Positions 1 through 11,692 of a DNA stretch of 64,000 nucleotides are shown here, piece after piece. Numbering within the stretch: the first letter of the stretch is position 1; each line of letters starts with the position of its first letter. The notes beneath the pieces are model-generated. The model saw only the letters and a program-made list of their open reading frames with translations, made no database searches and had not been told where the DNA came from. The translations under genes and the position numbers were made by a program. The DNA is from Eledone cirrhosa (taxonomy: Eukaryota): positions 41,664,001-41,728,000 of the forward strand of contig OZ024742.1 in the NCBI GenBank assembly GCA_964016885.1. The letters are read 5' to 3'.

Positions 1-59
1 GCAAAGGTGAAAGTTCAGTGGTAATGGAAGTCCTATGTAGCAGCAGTAACATTGACATT

Positions 60-245
60 GCTTACACCCTTAACGGGATCTTCTGAAACTAAAAAATCAA
101 TCTGTGAAGTAAATATTTCGAAAAACGTTGCAACCGAAGGAAAACAGGAAGACGATAGTTTGGTTCGTGAAGACGTTCCCTGGCAATGAACGGAAAATAG
201 CGAAGAAAATACGTCATCAATGAGAACAATGTTTGTCATAATGTC
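60..245 (-). mobile_element. Truncated pseudo-LTR fragment of the PLE-A family
   Basis: Matches 3805-3970 and 7236-7400 (cacccttaacgggatcttctgaaact...aaaaacgttgcaaccg...ggttcgtg); carries only the 5' half of that family's hammerhead. Confidence 0.8.
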
Positions 246-325
246 GTAATGCAGACAACCAGACATACAGATATTATAAGGGCACGACGTTATAGCTATG
301 TATCTACTAAGAAAGACAGAGAGAT
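245..325 (-). mobile_element. Fragment of the non-autonomous Helitron family seen at 40510-41203
   Basis: gcagacaaccagacatacagatattataagggcacgacgttata is the reverse complement of ~40730-40800. Confidence 0.55.
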
Positions 326-1117
326 CGATAACCGGCGCCTAACACCCCTTTAACAACAGAAAATTGAAAAATAAAAGCTGCAGTTAATATCTTTAGACCA
401 CAAGGAATATATAAATGCAAGTTTGGAATCAATCGGAGTAGAAATGTGGATTTGTATAGACTTTTCAAAAATTAGGACACACACACACAACACAGACAAT
501 TTCAGTTTTATACACGTATATGTATAGATACAGCTAATATAGACACAAATGTTCACTCATGCGAAGACGACATATACATCTCAAAAAGACATGATGGAGT
601 AAATAGAACAAGATGAGAACAAAGATGTGACCCAGGGGAGCAAGAATAGTCATCGAGAAGATCACATGATGTGTGACGAAAGAGCTTTGACCATTGACAG
701 TTAAACAACCACCCAGTTACTAAACTAACTGATGAATGGATTAGTAACTCAACTAATAATAAACTGAAGTGAAACTCAACTGGTGCGAATGTTTTTATTG
801 GCCGCATGGCCCTCCCAAAGTATAGCAATATCTGTTTCAACACACGTTTTCAGACTGAGAATCTTGCAAAACAAATACAAAAATACAGTAACTTTCTTGT
901 TATTAAGCTGGTGTTTGGAACACAACTTAACAAAGTTTCTTGCATAAAATAATAATGGGAGAATTTTAGCCAAATACAAACACTTGAAAACAATTTCGTA
1001 TTGTAGTAGCACCCGTCTTTGTCCTGTGTAAAGGCGACCCCTTAATATTTGGGCCTTTGGGCCCAAATATTTGAGCATTATTTTTTTTTTTTATTTCCTT
1101 TCCTAAAAAATAAAAAC

Positions 1118-2441
1118 ATGGAAGAGACACCCCGCTCTCGTTAAGTCGCTGTCAAATGACAGCGACTTAAACCATTGCAAACACCACATAGGCCAGTATC
1201 ACCAACAGCAGCATCAACAATAACAACGACAGTAAAAACACCGACAACAACAATAGCGACATCAACACCACCAACAAAAACAACGACAATAACAACACCG
1301 ACAACAACAACAATAGCGACAACAACACCAACAACAAAAACAACGACAATAACAACAACACCGCCAACAGCAGCAATAACGACAACAACACCGACAACAA
1401 CAATAACGACAACACCACCAACAGCAGCAGTAACGACAACACCATCGACAACAACAACAACGGTAGTAACAACACCACCGACAACAACAACAATAACGAC
1501 AACACCGACAACAGCAGCAAAAAGCCGAGACAGCCTCTGAAGGACATGTAGAGGCTGCGCTGAAATGCATCAATAATGACAGAATATAGCAAGGACCAAG
1601 CAATTTGGGATCATCTTGGTGCTCTTCAAAACTGAGGCCCTTGCTATAAAGCATTCTGAAGTTCCCTGCAAAACGGACCAAATAATTATGTACCCGTCCG
1701 ACATGGGGAGGAGGACAGTAAAGCTCCGTGATCCCAACATTCCGCCGGAACTGGATTTATGGTGGCTCCTGGGATACGTGGTGGAAGAGGACTCTGACAC
1801 CCTCCTCGACGTCAAATTTACAAAAGAGGGAGAGGTGGTCCGGGATTGGTTTGGAGATTCTCCTCCAAATCAGACCCAGAAACGAAATCCAGGTAGCCAC
1901 GGAAGGCAAACGACCGTACTGTTTCGTTTATGGTGAAGCCACACACCTGCGAGCCTTTTGTCCTCAACTGAAAACTGCAGGAAACCACAAACCCCCGTTG
2001 ATGCCAAGACCGGTGCTAGGTCAAAAAACAACACCAGCACCAACACCAGTAAAAGAAACAGCACCATCAGCAATAACAGCAGCAGCAACACAAACAAGGA
2101 CCATTAAAACCACCCAGGGAGTCACCCCAAATAAGCTCTCCCTCTTTCAAACACACACACTCTCACTCTACTCTGACATAGAGTCCCCAGACACCAGTCC
2201 CCCCTCATCTTCAAGTGAATGTATGAGGGGGAAACCCCCAAAGGCGAAAAAGCAAAAAGAAAACAAAAAGAAAAAAAAAATCATCGTCTTATACACCAAC
2301 AAGCACACAAAGGACACTCACAGCAAACACAGACACACCTAAAACAACACCAACGCCGTCGAAAAAACAACCATCATCAACAACACTGACACAATTGCAA
2401 GACATTCCCCACAAAAGAAAACATACACAAACACCAGCAAC

Positions 2442-2442
<1 letters not shown>
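1118..2442 (+). pseudogene. Decayed gag/ORF1-like sequence of a non-LTR (L1/Tx1-like) element, without ORF2
   Basis: Frameshifted ORFs 1616-1936 and 1728-2342 join into RRTVKLRDPNIPPELD...EGKRPYCFVYGEATHLRAFCP (degenerate CCHC knuckle); Thr-rich N-terminus, Lys-rich C-terminus; ends at (TA)n. Confidence 0.6.
1175..1520. repeat. Degenerate (ACA)n trinucleotide repeat
   Basis: acaacaacaccgacaacaacaatagcg-type units seen directly; poly-Thr in one frame. Confidence 0.95.
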
Positions 2443-2520
<78 letters not shown>

Positions 2521-2663
2521 CGAAGGAAATGTGGTAAGGAACCAGGTGGACCATAACGCACCAAAGTACTCAATACTTGAGGTAGTAGAGTGGGTAATAG
2601 GAACTAAAGTCCAGAATTAGCCGTCGAAACGGCTTGAGCTCAGCTGTCGGGGTCTTACTGGTT

Positions 2664-2752
<89 letters not shown>

Positions 2753-2907
2753 TTATTTCATTTTTTTTTTATTTCATTTTTCATTTCATTGTTTTCCTTT
2801 TAATGTTTTATTGTTTTCCGAGATTTATCTTAACCTACAACATTTTCAACATATGGATTACATTGAGTTCTTCATGCAGAATAGACCCCACAACTTACAG
2901 TGGATAC

Positions 2908-2990
<83 letters not shown>
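2443..2990. repeat. Three long (TA)n tracts separated by short inserts
   Basis: (TA)n at ~2443-2519, 2666-2746 and 2915-2988; similar tracts recur up to ~42 kb. Confidence 0.97.
2519..2665. mobile_element. Rearranged fragment of the HHR element at 16863-17570
   Basis: 2519-2603 matches 16864-16948; 2608-2665 matches 17513-17570 (GAAACGGCTTGAGCTCAGCTGTC half hammerhead). Confidence 0.85.
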
Positions 2991-2991
<1 letters not shown>

Positions 2992-3442
2992 AAGTATGTG
3001 TTCCTACGCGTAAAAAATACACATAGGGATACAAGTATTATCCAACCGTATGCCAATGTGGTTCTATGGCAGGTTAATAAATTAACAAGCCAGAACATAT
3101 AAAATCAAGGTCTAGCAAATAGAGAAAAAGTCTTAAAATAAATTTTAAAAGGTTCGCTGTACTTACTATATGTGCCTTTACCGCGCGGTTCCAAATCCCC
3201 AAATAAACAGATAATCCAAGCGGATTTCCATTGAGAAGGGTATTGTTAAGATAACCTTCGGTCGTTTGAACTGCTGCTGTTTCTAGTAGCAGGACATTGA
3301 CCTGTCCGCCCTGCCTTTTGTCTTTACACATGGCATTAGACAAAATTGTTTCTTTCTTCACTCACTCTCATTCGGGAACAGTTTTGTATGGCGCCAGTTT
3401 GTGATTTGAACTCGGGAATTTTATATTCTCCGAGCGAGAAGA

Positions 3443-3526
3443 GCCTTCTGACGATAATCCCCTTCTCAATATAAATCCGCTTGGATTATCTGTTTATTTG
3501 GGGATTTGAAACCGCGCGGTAAAGGC
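3443..3526 (+). ncRNA. Type I hammerhead ribozyme, GUA site
   Basis: GCCTT-CTGACGA-tAATCCCC...GGGGATTt-GAA-ACCGCGCGGT-A-AAGGC: 5-bp stem I, intact core, palindromic stem III. Confidence 0.88.
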
Positions 3527-3594
3527 ACATATAGTAAGTACAGCGAACCTTTTAAAATTTATTTTAAAACTTTTTCTCTATTTGCTAGACCTTG

Positions 3595-3673
<79 letters not shown>

Positions 3674-3778
3674 ATAATAATAAATTTGAAGACTAAAATC
3701 CAAAGAGGGCTCGATAAGGATAAATATATATCAAATATATAAGAACCGTAGAGCAAATATTTATTAAAATAACATTAA

Positions 3779-3829
3779 AGTTTAAGCAAAGAATCGCTGC
3801 TTTCACCCTTAACGGGATTTTCTGAAACT
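3779..3829 (-). ncRNA. Hammerhead-like motif in the 3' pLTR of PLE-A (core CAGAAAA in this copy)
   Basis: Same fold as 8612-8662 but with a G8A change. Confidence 0.55.
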
Positions 3830-4454
3830 AACAAAGTCAATCTGTGAACGCAGAAGTGAATATTTAAAAAACGTTGCAACCGGAGGAAGACAGGAAGACG
3901 ATACTTTGGTTCGTGGAAACGTTCCCTGGCAAATAACGGGAAAAAAACGAATATAATACGTCATTATTTGGAACGGTGAAAAACAATTACACGCAAAGAC
4001 AGAACCACGTTTATGGTATAAAAGAAGTCGTAGACTAATATTCTATTAGGTGGTTCATAGAGACGTTCTCTTGCAATGAACGGAAAAAACGAAGATAATA
4101 CGTCATATGTGGAGCGTGGAGAACAATTGCACGCTAAGACAAAACCACGTAAATGGTATAACCGAAGTCGTAGACTAAAATTCTAACTAGGAGACCGAAT
4201 GATTCTCGGCTTCAGAGTTAAGAATAAAGTAAATAAAATACAAAGTAATTGAAATTAAACAAATACATACACGCCCTCCATATACGTACATACACAAGCA
4301 TACGCGAAAACACTCGCCATAGGTATACAAATACACGCACGTACACGAAAAAAAAAACGAAAAAAAAACCGCACGCACATACAGAACCCACGCAACGCCT
4401 GTATCCGCACGCATACGAATGTATACACCAAAAACACAAAAATATATATATAAA

Positions 4455-4539
<85 letters not shown>

Positions 4540-4959
4540 TGTGTACATATAATTAAATAAACGTATATAAATAAATAAATACGTATATAACAAGCGCACA
4601 CACATACCTACATGTAAATACACATATGTTCGGAGACGTACATCAACCAAAACACAAGTACACATATACACACACCCTACATACGTACGAACCCGCATAC
4701 TCACACAGACGGAAAACTCACTTATACACATAACCAAAAACATATGTAATAAAATATATAATATATACGCCATAACATATACAATCAAATATACGTACGT
4801 GAAAGTATACGTACCTTCACGAAACATACAGGTAATATATACTTACCTATACAAATAAGTAATGGTATAAACATAACATATACTTAGCTACCACATCAAG
4901 ACGTAAAATATCCACGAATAGTTCGTACTATCCGTTAGGGTATAATGTGGGGCTGTAAT

Positions 4960-7057
4960 ACAGGAAAGTTTTGTGCAATTTATGTTTACAAGCCGAAATT
5001 GCCTCAGATTTTTTGTTTAAGATGTGGTCTTTGGCGTAGAGTATTTCCAGGACCTCAGCGGCGCAGGGGTCACATGGTCTTTTATTTCCGATATACGTTC
5101 TTTTATTTCCGATATACGTTCTAGCCCTAGCTAGGATCTCCCAATGTAACTTATATTGGGCGTGGTTGCCTTTAGACTCCAGATATAAACTGAAAGTGAT
5201 GTCATATTCCTTCTTAAAGGGTTACGAAAAGAATGGGTATGCATGTAAAGACGCTGCTTGAATCTATTGGCGGTTAACCCTATGTAGGCCCTACGGGAAG
5301 TGGGTGTTTCAATCTTACGTTTGTAGACAATGTTACTAGAGAGGCATTTCCCGGATAGGGGGCAGTCAACCCGATTCCTACAATTACAGTTAGTACTAAC
5401 TACAGGGTTGCACGTGTTCCTACGGCTAGGTAGTTTAGCTAAATTTGAAGCTGTTATGTTATGTGCAGGTTAGGAGTCGTAGAGTAAGGAATTTTAATAG
5501 TATTTCTATTAAAAATGTTACTATATTTATGTGTAGGGGGAATATGCTTCATAATAGGGGAGAGAAAGATCTTAGCTAATGGTGTGGCCATCTCCATATT
5601 ATATGGTGGGTTATACCATATAATGCGTCGGGATCTATTTCTTCTAGGTCTATTCTCGTACTCTGTATATGCTACCTTATCGACAAATCCACTCCGAGCA
5701 AGAGCTTCATTGTAATATGTGGAATGGTCGTTTAAAATATGCTCGTTAGTAGATAGACGGGAAAGCCTCAAAGAAACTTTTCTTACCAGGTTCTTGATTA
5801 CGCTGGCAGGATGGTTAGAATGCTTACTTATGTAATTAAGCGTATCATTCGGCTTTCTATACGGATAAATTGAGGGTAACGTCGAGGTAATTAACGACCG
5901 AGAGGTTGGTCTCAACCTGTATGGAGAGGTTGAAGCCTTTAAAGAAGGCTGTGAGTTCTTTTCTGAACCTGTCGCAGACACGTGGGCCGCAATTAGTTAT
6001 GGTCAAAAAACCATCATCACGGTACAAACCACCGCCCACGTTGGGGAATACTTCCTTGATAGAGAAAAGAAGGAAAAGGCCGATAAGATCAGTAACCTCC
6101 GCAGAATCGCTGGCGCCCATACTCACGTCGAAAGGGGTACTATTAGATTTTTTAATCCAAATAGAGTCGTCGAAATTAATCACCGAGTTACGGGCATTAA
6201 GGATGACATCAACTTCGAAATCATTAACCACTGTGAGTGTTTTAGCGAAATAGATAGCTCTAAGGAGAAGTGGTAAAGTGATGGAGGAGTAGTAATTATT
6301 GATGTCGAATTGGATAAAACGGCAATGTTCCTTGTTGCATATGCCGTTGAACCAATCAATCACCGCGAAAGAATTGTTCCACAGTGCAAGAGGGGCCAAA
6401 CTTCTAATTTCAGGTATAATTCTATCAAGAATCGTTTTACTAAGTCTACCTAAATCGGACTTCGTAGGGTTAATAAGCCGAATAGAGGGGTTGTTCAGAA
6501 AATTGGATTTGTGATCCTTCAGGATAAAGTGGGAAGAAATAGGGTCCAGAGGTTCAGTCCAGTCCAGGATGTTGAGATCAGGGGTGATTTTAAACCCAGC
6601 ATCGTTGATTTCATTAATGACGCTCCGATAAGTTTTACGGTAATCCTTAGTTACAGCATTATGTAGCAGTTGATGGTAAGTACTGCGCTCCACTTGATAT
6701 AGATTCCTGTTTTGTCGGAATGGACGTGCACGGCATTAGAATCCTTAATAGAGCGAATTCTATTCTACAGGTCCTGTTGGAAGGAATTCCTCCTATTCTA
6801 AAATTGATACTCCGTATGAGTTCCAAGACATCATTTTCGAAGGGTAGCAATGCTGAATTACTCGGAGGGTTATTATAGGTTTTAAACCCAAATTTATCCT
6901 GTTTGTTGTCAGCTTTTTCCTGATTATCGAAATAAAAGGCACGCCAACGCAACCTTTTAATGAACGCGTCTGTTTTCTGTATCAGGAATTTTAGGTATGT
7001 TTTCCTGCTTGGTACAGGTATGTTCTTTGTAGAAATATTCAGATGTTGTTTCTGCAT
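4960..7057 (-). pseudogene. PLE-A reverse transcriptase / GIY-YIG endonuclease ORF, frameshifted
   Basis: ORF pieces with STKNIP, LKDHKSNF, IQFDINNYYSSI, FDVSMGASDSAEV, GLYRDDG, IWYNPPY; the rest reads CNCRNRVDCPLSGKC and LNKKSEAISACKH. Confidence 0.93.
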
Positions 7058-7211
7058 GATGAATATAAGTCAATAGAGTGCTCAACCGAGGGGGACAAAT
7101 AGTAATAATAATAAATTTGAAGACTAAAATCCAAAGAGGGCTCGATAAGGATAAATATATATCAAATATATAAAAACCGTAGAGCAAATATTTATTAAAA
7201 TAACAGATTAA

Positions 7212-7262
7212 AGTTTAAGCAAAGAATCGCTGCTTTCACCCTTAACGGGATCTTCTGAAACT
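7212..7262 (-). ncRNA. Hammerhead-like motif in the 5' pLTR of PLE-A (U4A core)
   Basis: AGTTT-CAGAAGA-tCCC gttaa GGGt-GAA-AGCA gcgattctt TGCT-T-AAACT. Confidence 0.7.
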
Positions 7263-7599
7263 AACAAAGTCAATTGTGAACGCAGAAGTGAATATTTCAA
7301 AAAACGTTGCAACCGAAGGAATACAGGAAGGCGATACTTTGGGTCATGGAAACGTTCCCTGGCAAAGAACGGGAAAAAACGAATATAATACGTCATTAAT
7401 AGGAGCGGTGAAAAACAATTACACGCAAAGACAAAACCACGCTTATGGAGTAAAAGAAGTCGTAGACTAATATTCTATTAGGTGGTTCATAGAGACGTTC
7501 TCTGGCAATGAACGGAAAAAACGAAGATAATACGTCAAATGTGGAGCGTAGAGAACAATTGCACGCAAAGACAAAACCACGTAAATGGTATAACCGAAT

Positions 7600-8052
7600 C
7601 AACTACTACATAATGCTGTAACTAAGGATTACCGTAAGCTAATCGGTGCGTCATCAATGAAATCAACGATGCTGGGTTTAAAACCACATCTGATCTCAAC
7701 ATCCTGGACCGGACCGAACCTCTGGACCCTATTTCTCCCCACTTTACCCTGAAGGATCACAAATCCAATTTTCAGAACAACCCCTCTATTCGGCTTATTA
7801 ACCCTACGAAGTCCGATTTAGGTAGACTTAGTAAAACGATTCTTGATAGAATTATACCTGAAATTAGAGTTTTGCGTCTGTGTGAGTATGCAGGTTCGTA
7901 CGTATGTAGGGTGTGTGTATATGTGTACTTCATGTTTTGGTTGACTTACGTCTCCGAACATTTGTGTATTTACATGTAGGAATGTGTGTGCCTTTGTTAT
8001 ATACGTATTTATTTATTTATATACGTTCATTTAATTATTTATTTATTTGTAT

Positions 8053-8083
<31 letters not shown>

Positions 8084-8690
8084 TATTTATATGTGCGTGG
8101 TTTTGTATACCTATGGTAAGTGTTTTCGCGTATGCTTGTGTATATGCGTATTTGTATGCGTGTATGTATCTATTTAATTTCTATTACCTCTGTATTGTAT
8201 TTATTTACTTTATTCTTAACTCTGAAGCGGAGATTCATTCGGTCTCCTAGTTAGAATTTTAGTCTACGACTTCTGCTATACCATTTACGTGGTTTTGTCT
8301 TTGCGTGCAATTGTTCTCCACTCTCCACATATGACGTATTATCTTCGTTTTTTTCGTTCATTGCCAGAGAACGTCTCTATGAACCACCTAAGAGAACATT
8401 AGTCTACGACCTCTTTTATACCATAAACGTGGTTCTGTCTTTGCGCGTAATTGTTTTTCACCGCTCCTATTAATGACGTATTATATTCGTTTTTTTTCCC
8501 CGTTCTTTGCCAGCGAACGTTTCCACGAACCAAAGTATCGTCTTCCTATCTTCCTCCGGTTGCAACGTTTTTTTTAAATATCCACTTCTGCGTTTACAGA
8601 TTGACTTTGTTAGTTTCAGAAGATCCCGTTAAGGGTGAAAGCAGCGATTCTTTGCTTAAACTTTAATCTGTTATTTTAATAAATATATAT
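7600..8690 (+). mobile_element. Inverted, internally deleted copy of PLE-A fused to its 5' end
   Basis: 7600-7870 is the reverse complement of ~6405-6672 (RT); 7870-8690 is the reverse complement of ~3760-4710 (3' UTR and pLTR). Confidence 0.9.
8612..8662 (+). ncRNA. Hammerhead-like motif (PLE-A family, U4A core, CUU site)
   Basis: agtttCAGAAGAtcccgttaagggtGAAAgcagcgattctttgctTaaact; all three stems pair. Confidence 0.7.
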
Positions 8691-8880
8691 ATATATATAC
8701 AATATTAAATAAATGGAAACTATATTTATAAAACCATATTTATTTCATTATATATATTTCAGGGATAACATATTAACAATATGCTATGCCGTTTCGGACG
8801 ATAGATAGATATTTGTCGAGTGCTTTTATATCAGTTATAAATATTTACTAGTTGTAACACAACAATTTAAATATAACTTT

Positions 8881-8918
<38 letters not shown>

Positions 8919-8922
<4 letters not shown>

Positions 8923-11692
8923 GTGTGCCATAAAAAGCAAGGTCACAATACTAACGCTCACTGTGTGTTTTCCCATGCTCCAATTGGTAAAATAAAACAT
9001 ATTTTGTATTAAATAAATTATTTTGAGTCTTGCCTATATCATGGTGATTATAGTGGAAAGTGTGATTATGTTACATGAAAATGTGAAACCAAATATGACC
9101 ATACAATAATCGTTTATTTTATTAATCCATTATATTTAGTAAACCAGCTTTGAATATAAAGGTGTACAAGAAAGAAACAAGTTCAGTTAAGTTAACTCCA
9201 GTCATATTTTTTTCAGAGTTTCTTTTTTGAAATCCGGGACCTTGCGACGATGAGCTTCGACTACTTGAAGAACACACTGCTTCTCCTCCTCATTCTTGGT
9301 GATGGCAACAAAATCAATTATCAACTTGACTGCTCTCTCCGCCAGATCGTTGACTACCTTGATATTGTGAACAACAGCACAGGCATTTTGATATGACGCT
9401 TGTGATGACCAAGTTGCAGGTGACAGCTCAAGCCAAGTATCGTCGAGACCAAGGAGATCGAACAGAAGCCTTGATTTCTTCCCAACTAGATGAGGCAGCT
9501 TCGTGGACGACTTCAACTCGGGAAATACTGGAGCACCACGGTCGAGAGGCCCAGACGTTTTCGTTTTGACAAGACGTTGGGCTATTTGTTTCTTCTCGGA
9601 CTCTTGGACCCGACTTGAAAACAGCGCTAGCGAAATGGCTTCCTCCGTCAGGTACCAAAGATGCCTGCTCAGAGCAGTAGTGGTTGCCTGCGAGAGATCT
9701 CTATCAACCTTACTGTACTGTGTCAACTCCACGTAGAATTGAAGGTCATTGGATGGTGCATCAGCACACTTGACTGCTGTCAGCCAGTATCGCACGTAGA
9801 ACAGAGCATTGAACATACAGACCCGGCGTAACTTTTCCATTTTAGCTTGATCGTAATTGAGTCGCTCACCAAATGCATACATCTTTGCACTATAGATGAT
9901 TGTTGACATCCACCGAGCGTTATGATGTGCACCAGGCAGCATCCAATGAATTCTACGAGGAGGGGTGACACCAAGCAAGATCAACATCAACTCCGCACAT
10001 TCTCGGTAGTCGTCCTGTGGAAGAAAACTCATTTTCCCAACGTCGGATGTCAGCAAATCTTGGAGGAACTTGATGTTCTCAGAACACAGACGCCTGAGTC
10101 TCCGGTCGACAATGTTCAATGTTTTAAAGTTGATCTTGTCTGTGAGTGACACCCAATCTTTTTTGAACTCCTTGAACTCTGGGGCGTCTGGACTGGACAT
10201 TGCTCCGAATAGTTGCTGCCACACTGCACACAAGATACGCTCTATGACATGGTGCCGACAAGCAAAATAAAACACCTTTTTGTTGAGCATCTCTTCTAGT
10301 TTCACACAGGCACCATTTTTCCATCCAGAATTCGAAGCAGTTGTGTCGAAGACCAAGCCCACCACAGACCCATCAACATTCCAATCTTTAACAAGATCAA
10401 ATGATGTTTTGGCTTGGGTGGTTCCAGTGCCATCAGGAATTATAGGAACACCGAGGAGTTTACCTTCTCTGAAGTCCGGAGTTCCAGCAACTAGCACACC
10501 TAGCCTCTCGTGGTCACCAGGAATTATTTTGCCATCCCAATGCAAGGTAGCAAAGTCTGGTACAGTAAATTGTTCCTTTGTGTGTTCAGCCCCCACAGTT
10601 CTGATCTTCTTAGCTGCACGTCTGCTACTATTCTTGGAGAGAGTTGTGGCGTCTATGTCAGTCCCACCCGCAGAAACAATCGATGCCATAAATGCTGTTC
10701 TCTGGCCCAGTGTCAGGTTTAAACGATCAGCCATTAGAGAAATATTTGGACTTTGAAATGGATTCTTTGGGAGTTCCAGCTGGATTTTTCGTTTCTTGTC
10801 TGACTTTGAGCTGTGTCTGGGTGGGTTTGAGGCCTGAAATTCAGGATCCTGTTCATCTTCAGTTTCATCATTGGTTGAACTTGAATGACTCAGTTCATTA
10901 CATGGAAGTTGTGCTGCTACAGATCCTGACAAACGCTTTCTATGGTTCTCTGACTCTCGACGAGCCACAGAAACCTGATCACGCTTAAACTTTGAAGATC
11001 CCCTTTTCTGGTAACCCTTGTCTTCAGCACCCAGAGATACTTTTTTCTGGCAACGCAGGGCTTCGATAAATGTAGCATATTCCATTTTCTGTTCATTATT
11101 ACGAAGACGGTCTTGCAAAATTATCTTTTCAGCATCAGTATGTGCAATGTAGAAATACGAATCCAATTCAGAAATAAATAGTGCTTCCTTTTCTTTGTTT
11201 GACTTAGAACCTTTGTTTTTTGTAAATTTCTGTATTCATTGTACATGTTCATAATTTTCAGTTTCACTTTGTCTTTTCATTGAGTCGCCACACCAGCTTT
11301 TTCCCACTGACTAACTACTTCCATCACAAGCCTATCCGCAATAGCACCATTGAAGCTCACATGCTTTTCGTGTTTCATAGGACCATCTTTCAGGTAGAAG
11401 AAATATCTTAGAACATCCCCCTTTGTTGGTATTTTGTTTGGTGAAAAGGATGTAACATATTGCCCCAGGAGCCATATTTCTTGATCATCACAACGGAGCG
11501 AGTAGCTACAACTGGTCCCACTGGTTTCCGCCATTATTCTGCCAATTTGTAACTATTAGGCAAGGCTTAAATTAGTCTGAAATAATCAAAATTACATTAT
11601 AAATTGATAATATACAAAATGGCATGAGAAAATGCATAGGGAGCTAAGAAAAAAACACTTTTGTGTAAAATGTGGGATTCTGGAACACCCTA
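8919..11692 (-). mobile_element. hAT-superfamily (hATm-like) DNA transposon, full length
   Basis: Imperfect TIRs TAGAGTGTGCCA (8919) and TAGGGTGTTCCA (reverse complement at 11681-11692); ATATATAT on both sides fits an 8-bp TSD. Confidence 0.85.
9202..11534 (-). pseudogene. hATm-type transposase with one premature stop and one frameshift
   Basis: LHWDGK, VFDTTASNSGWKNGAC, FACRHHVIE, HNARW, VVNDLAERAVKL motifs; ORF 11277-11534 ends in TGA and joins ORF 9202-11166 via a 1-nt shift in the A-run near 11220. Confidence 0.9.

Larger units (their letters stand above)
3672..7600 (-). mobile_element. Penelope-like retroelement PLE-A (probably Hydra-type) with direct pseudo-LTRs
   Basis: 7102-7600 is directly repeated at 3672-4165 and flanks a frameshifted RT + GIY-YIG ORF; bounded by (TA)n. 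Confidence 0.92.

Noticed and set aside
725-790. CTGATGA...GAAAC possible hammerhead
   Set aside because: Stem I does not pair and the triplet would be GUG.
1167-1681. Poly-Thr mucin-like, poly-Leu and poly-Cys ORFs
   Set aside because: Translations of an (ACA)n repeat in different frames.
8765-8840. Minus-strand gtccGAAAC with upstream CTGATAT
   Set aside because: Core and stems too degenerate to call.
11277-11279. In-frame TGA as selenocysteine or an intron in the transposase
   Set aside because: A CGA-to-TGA change plus a nearby 1-nt frameshift is the simpler explanation; no SECIS or splice pair was evident.
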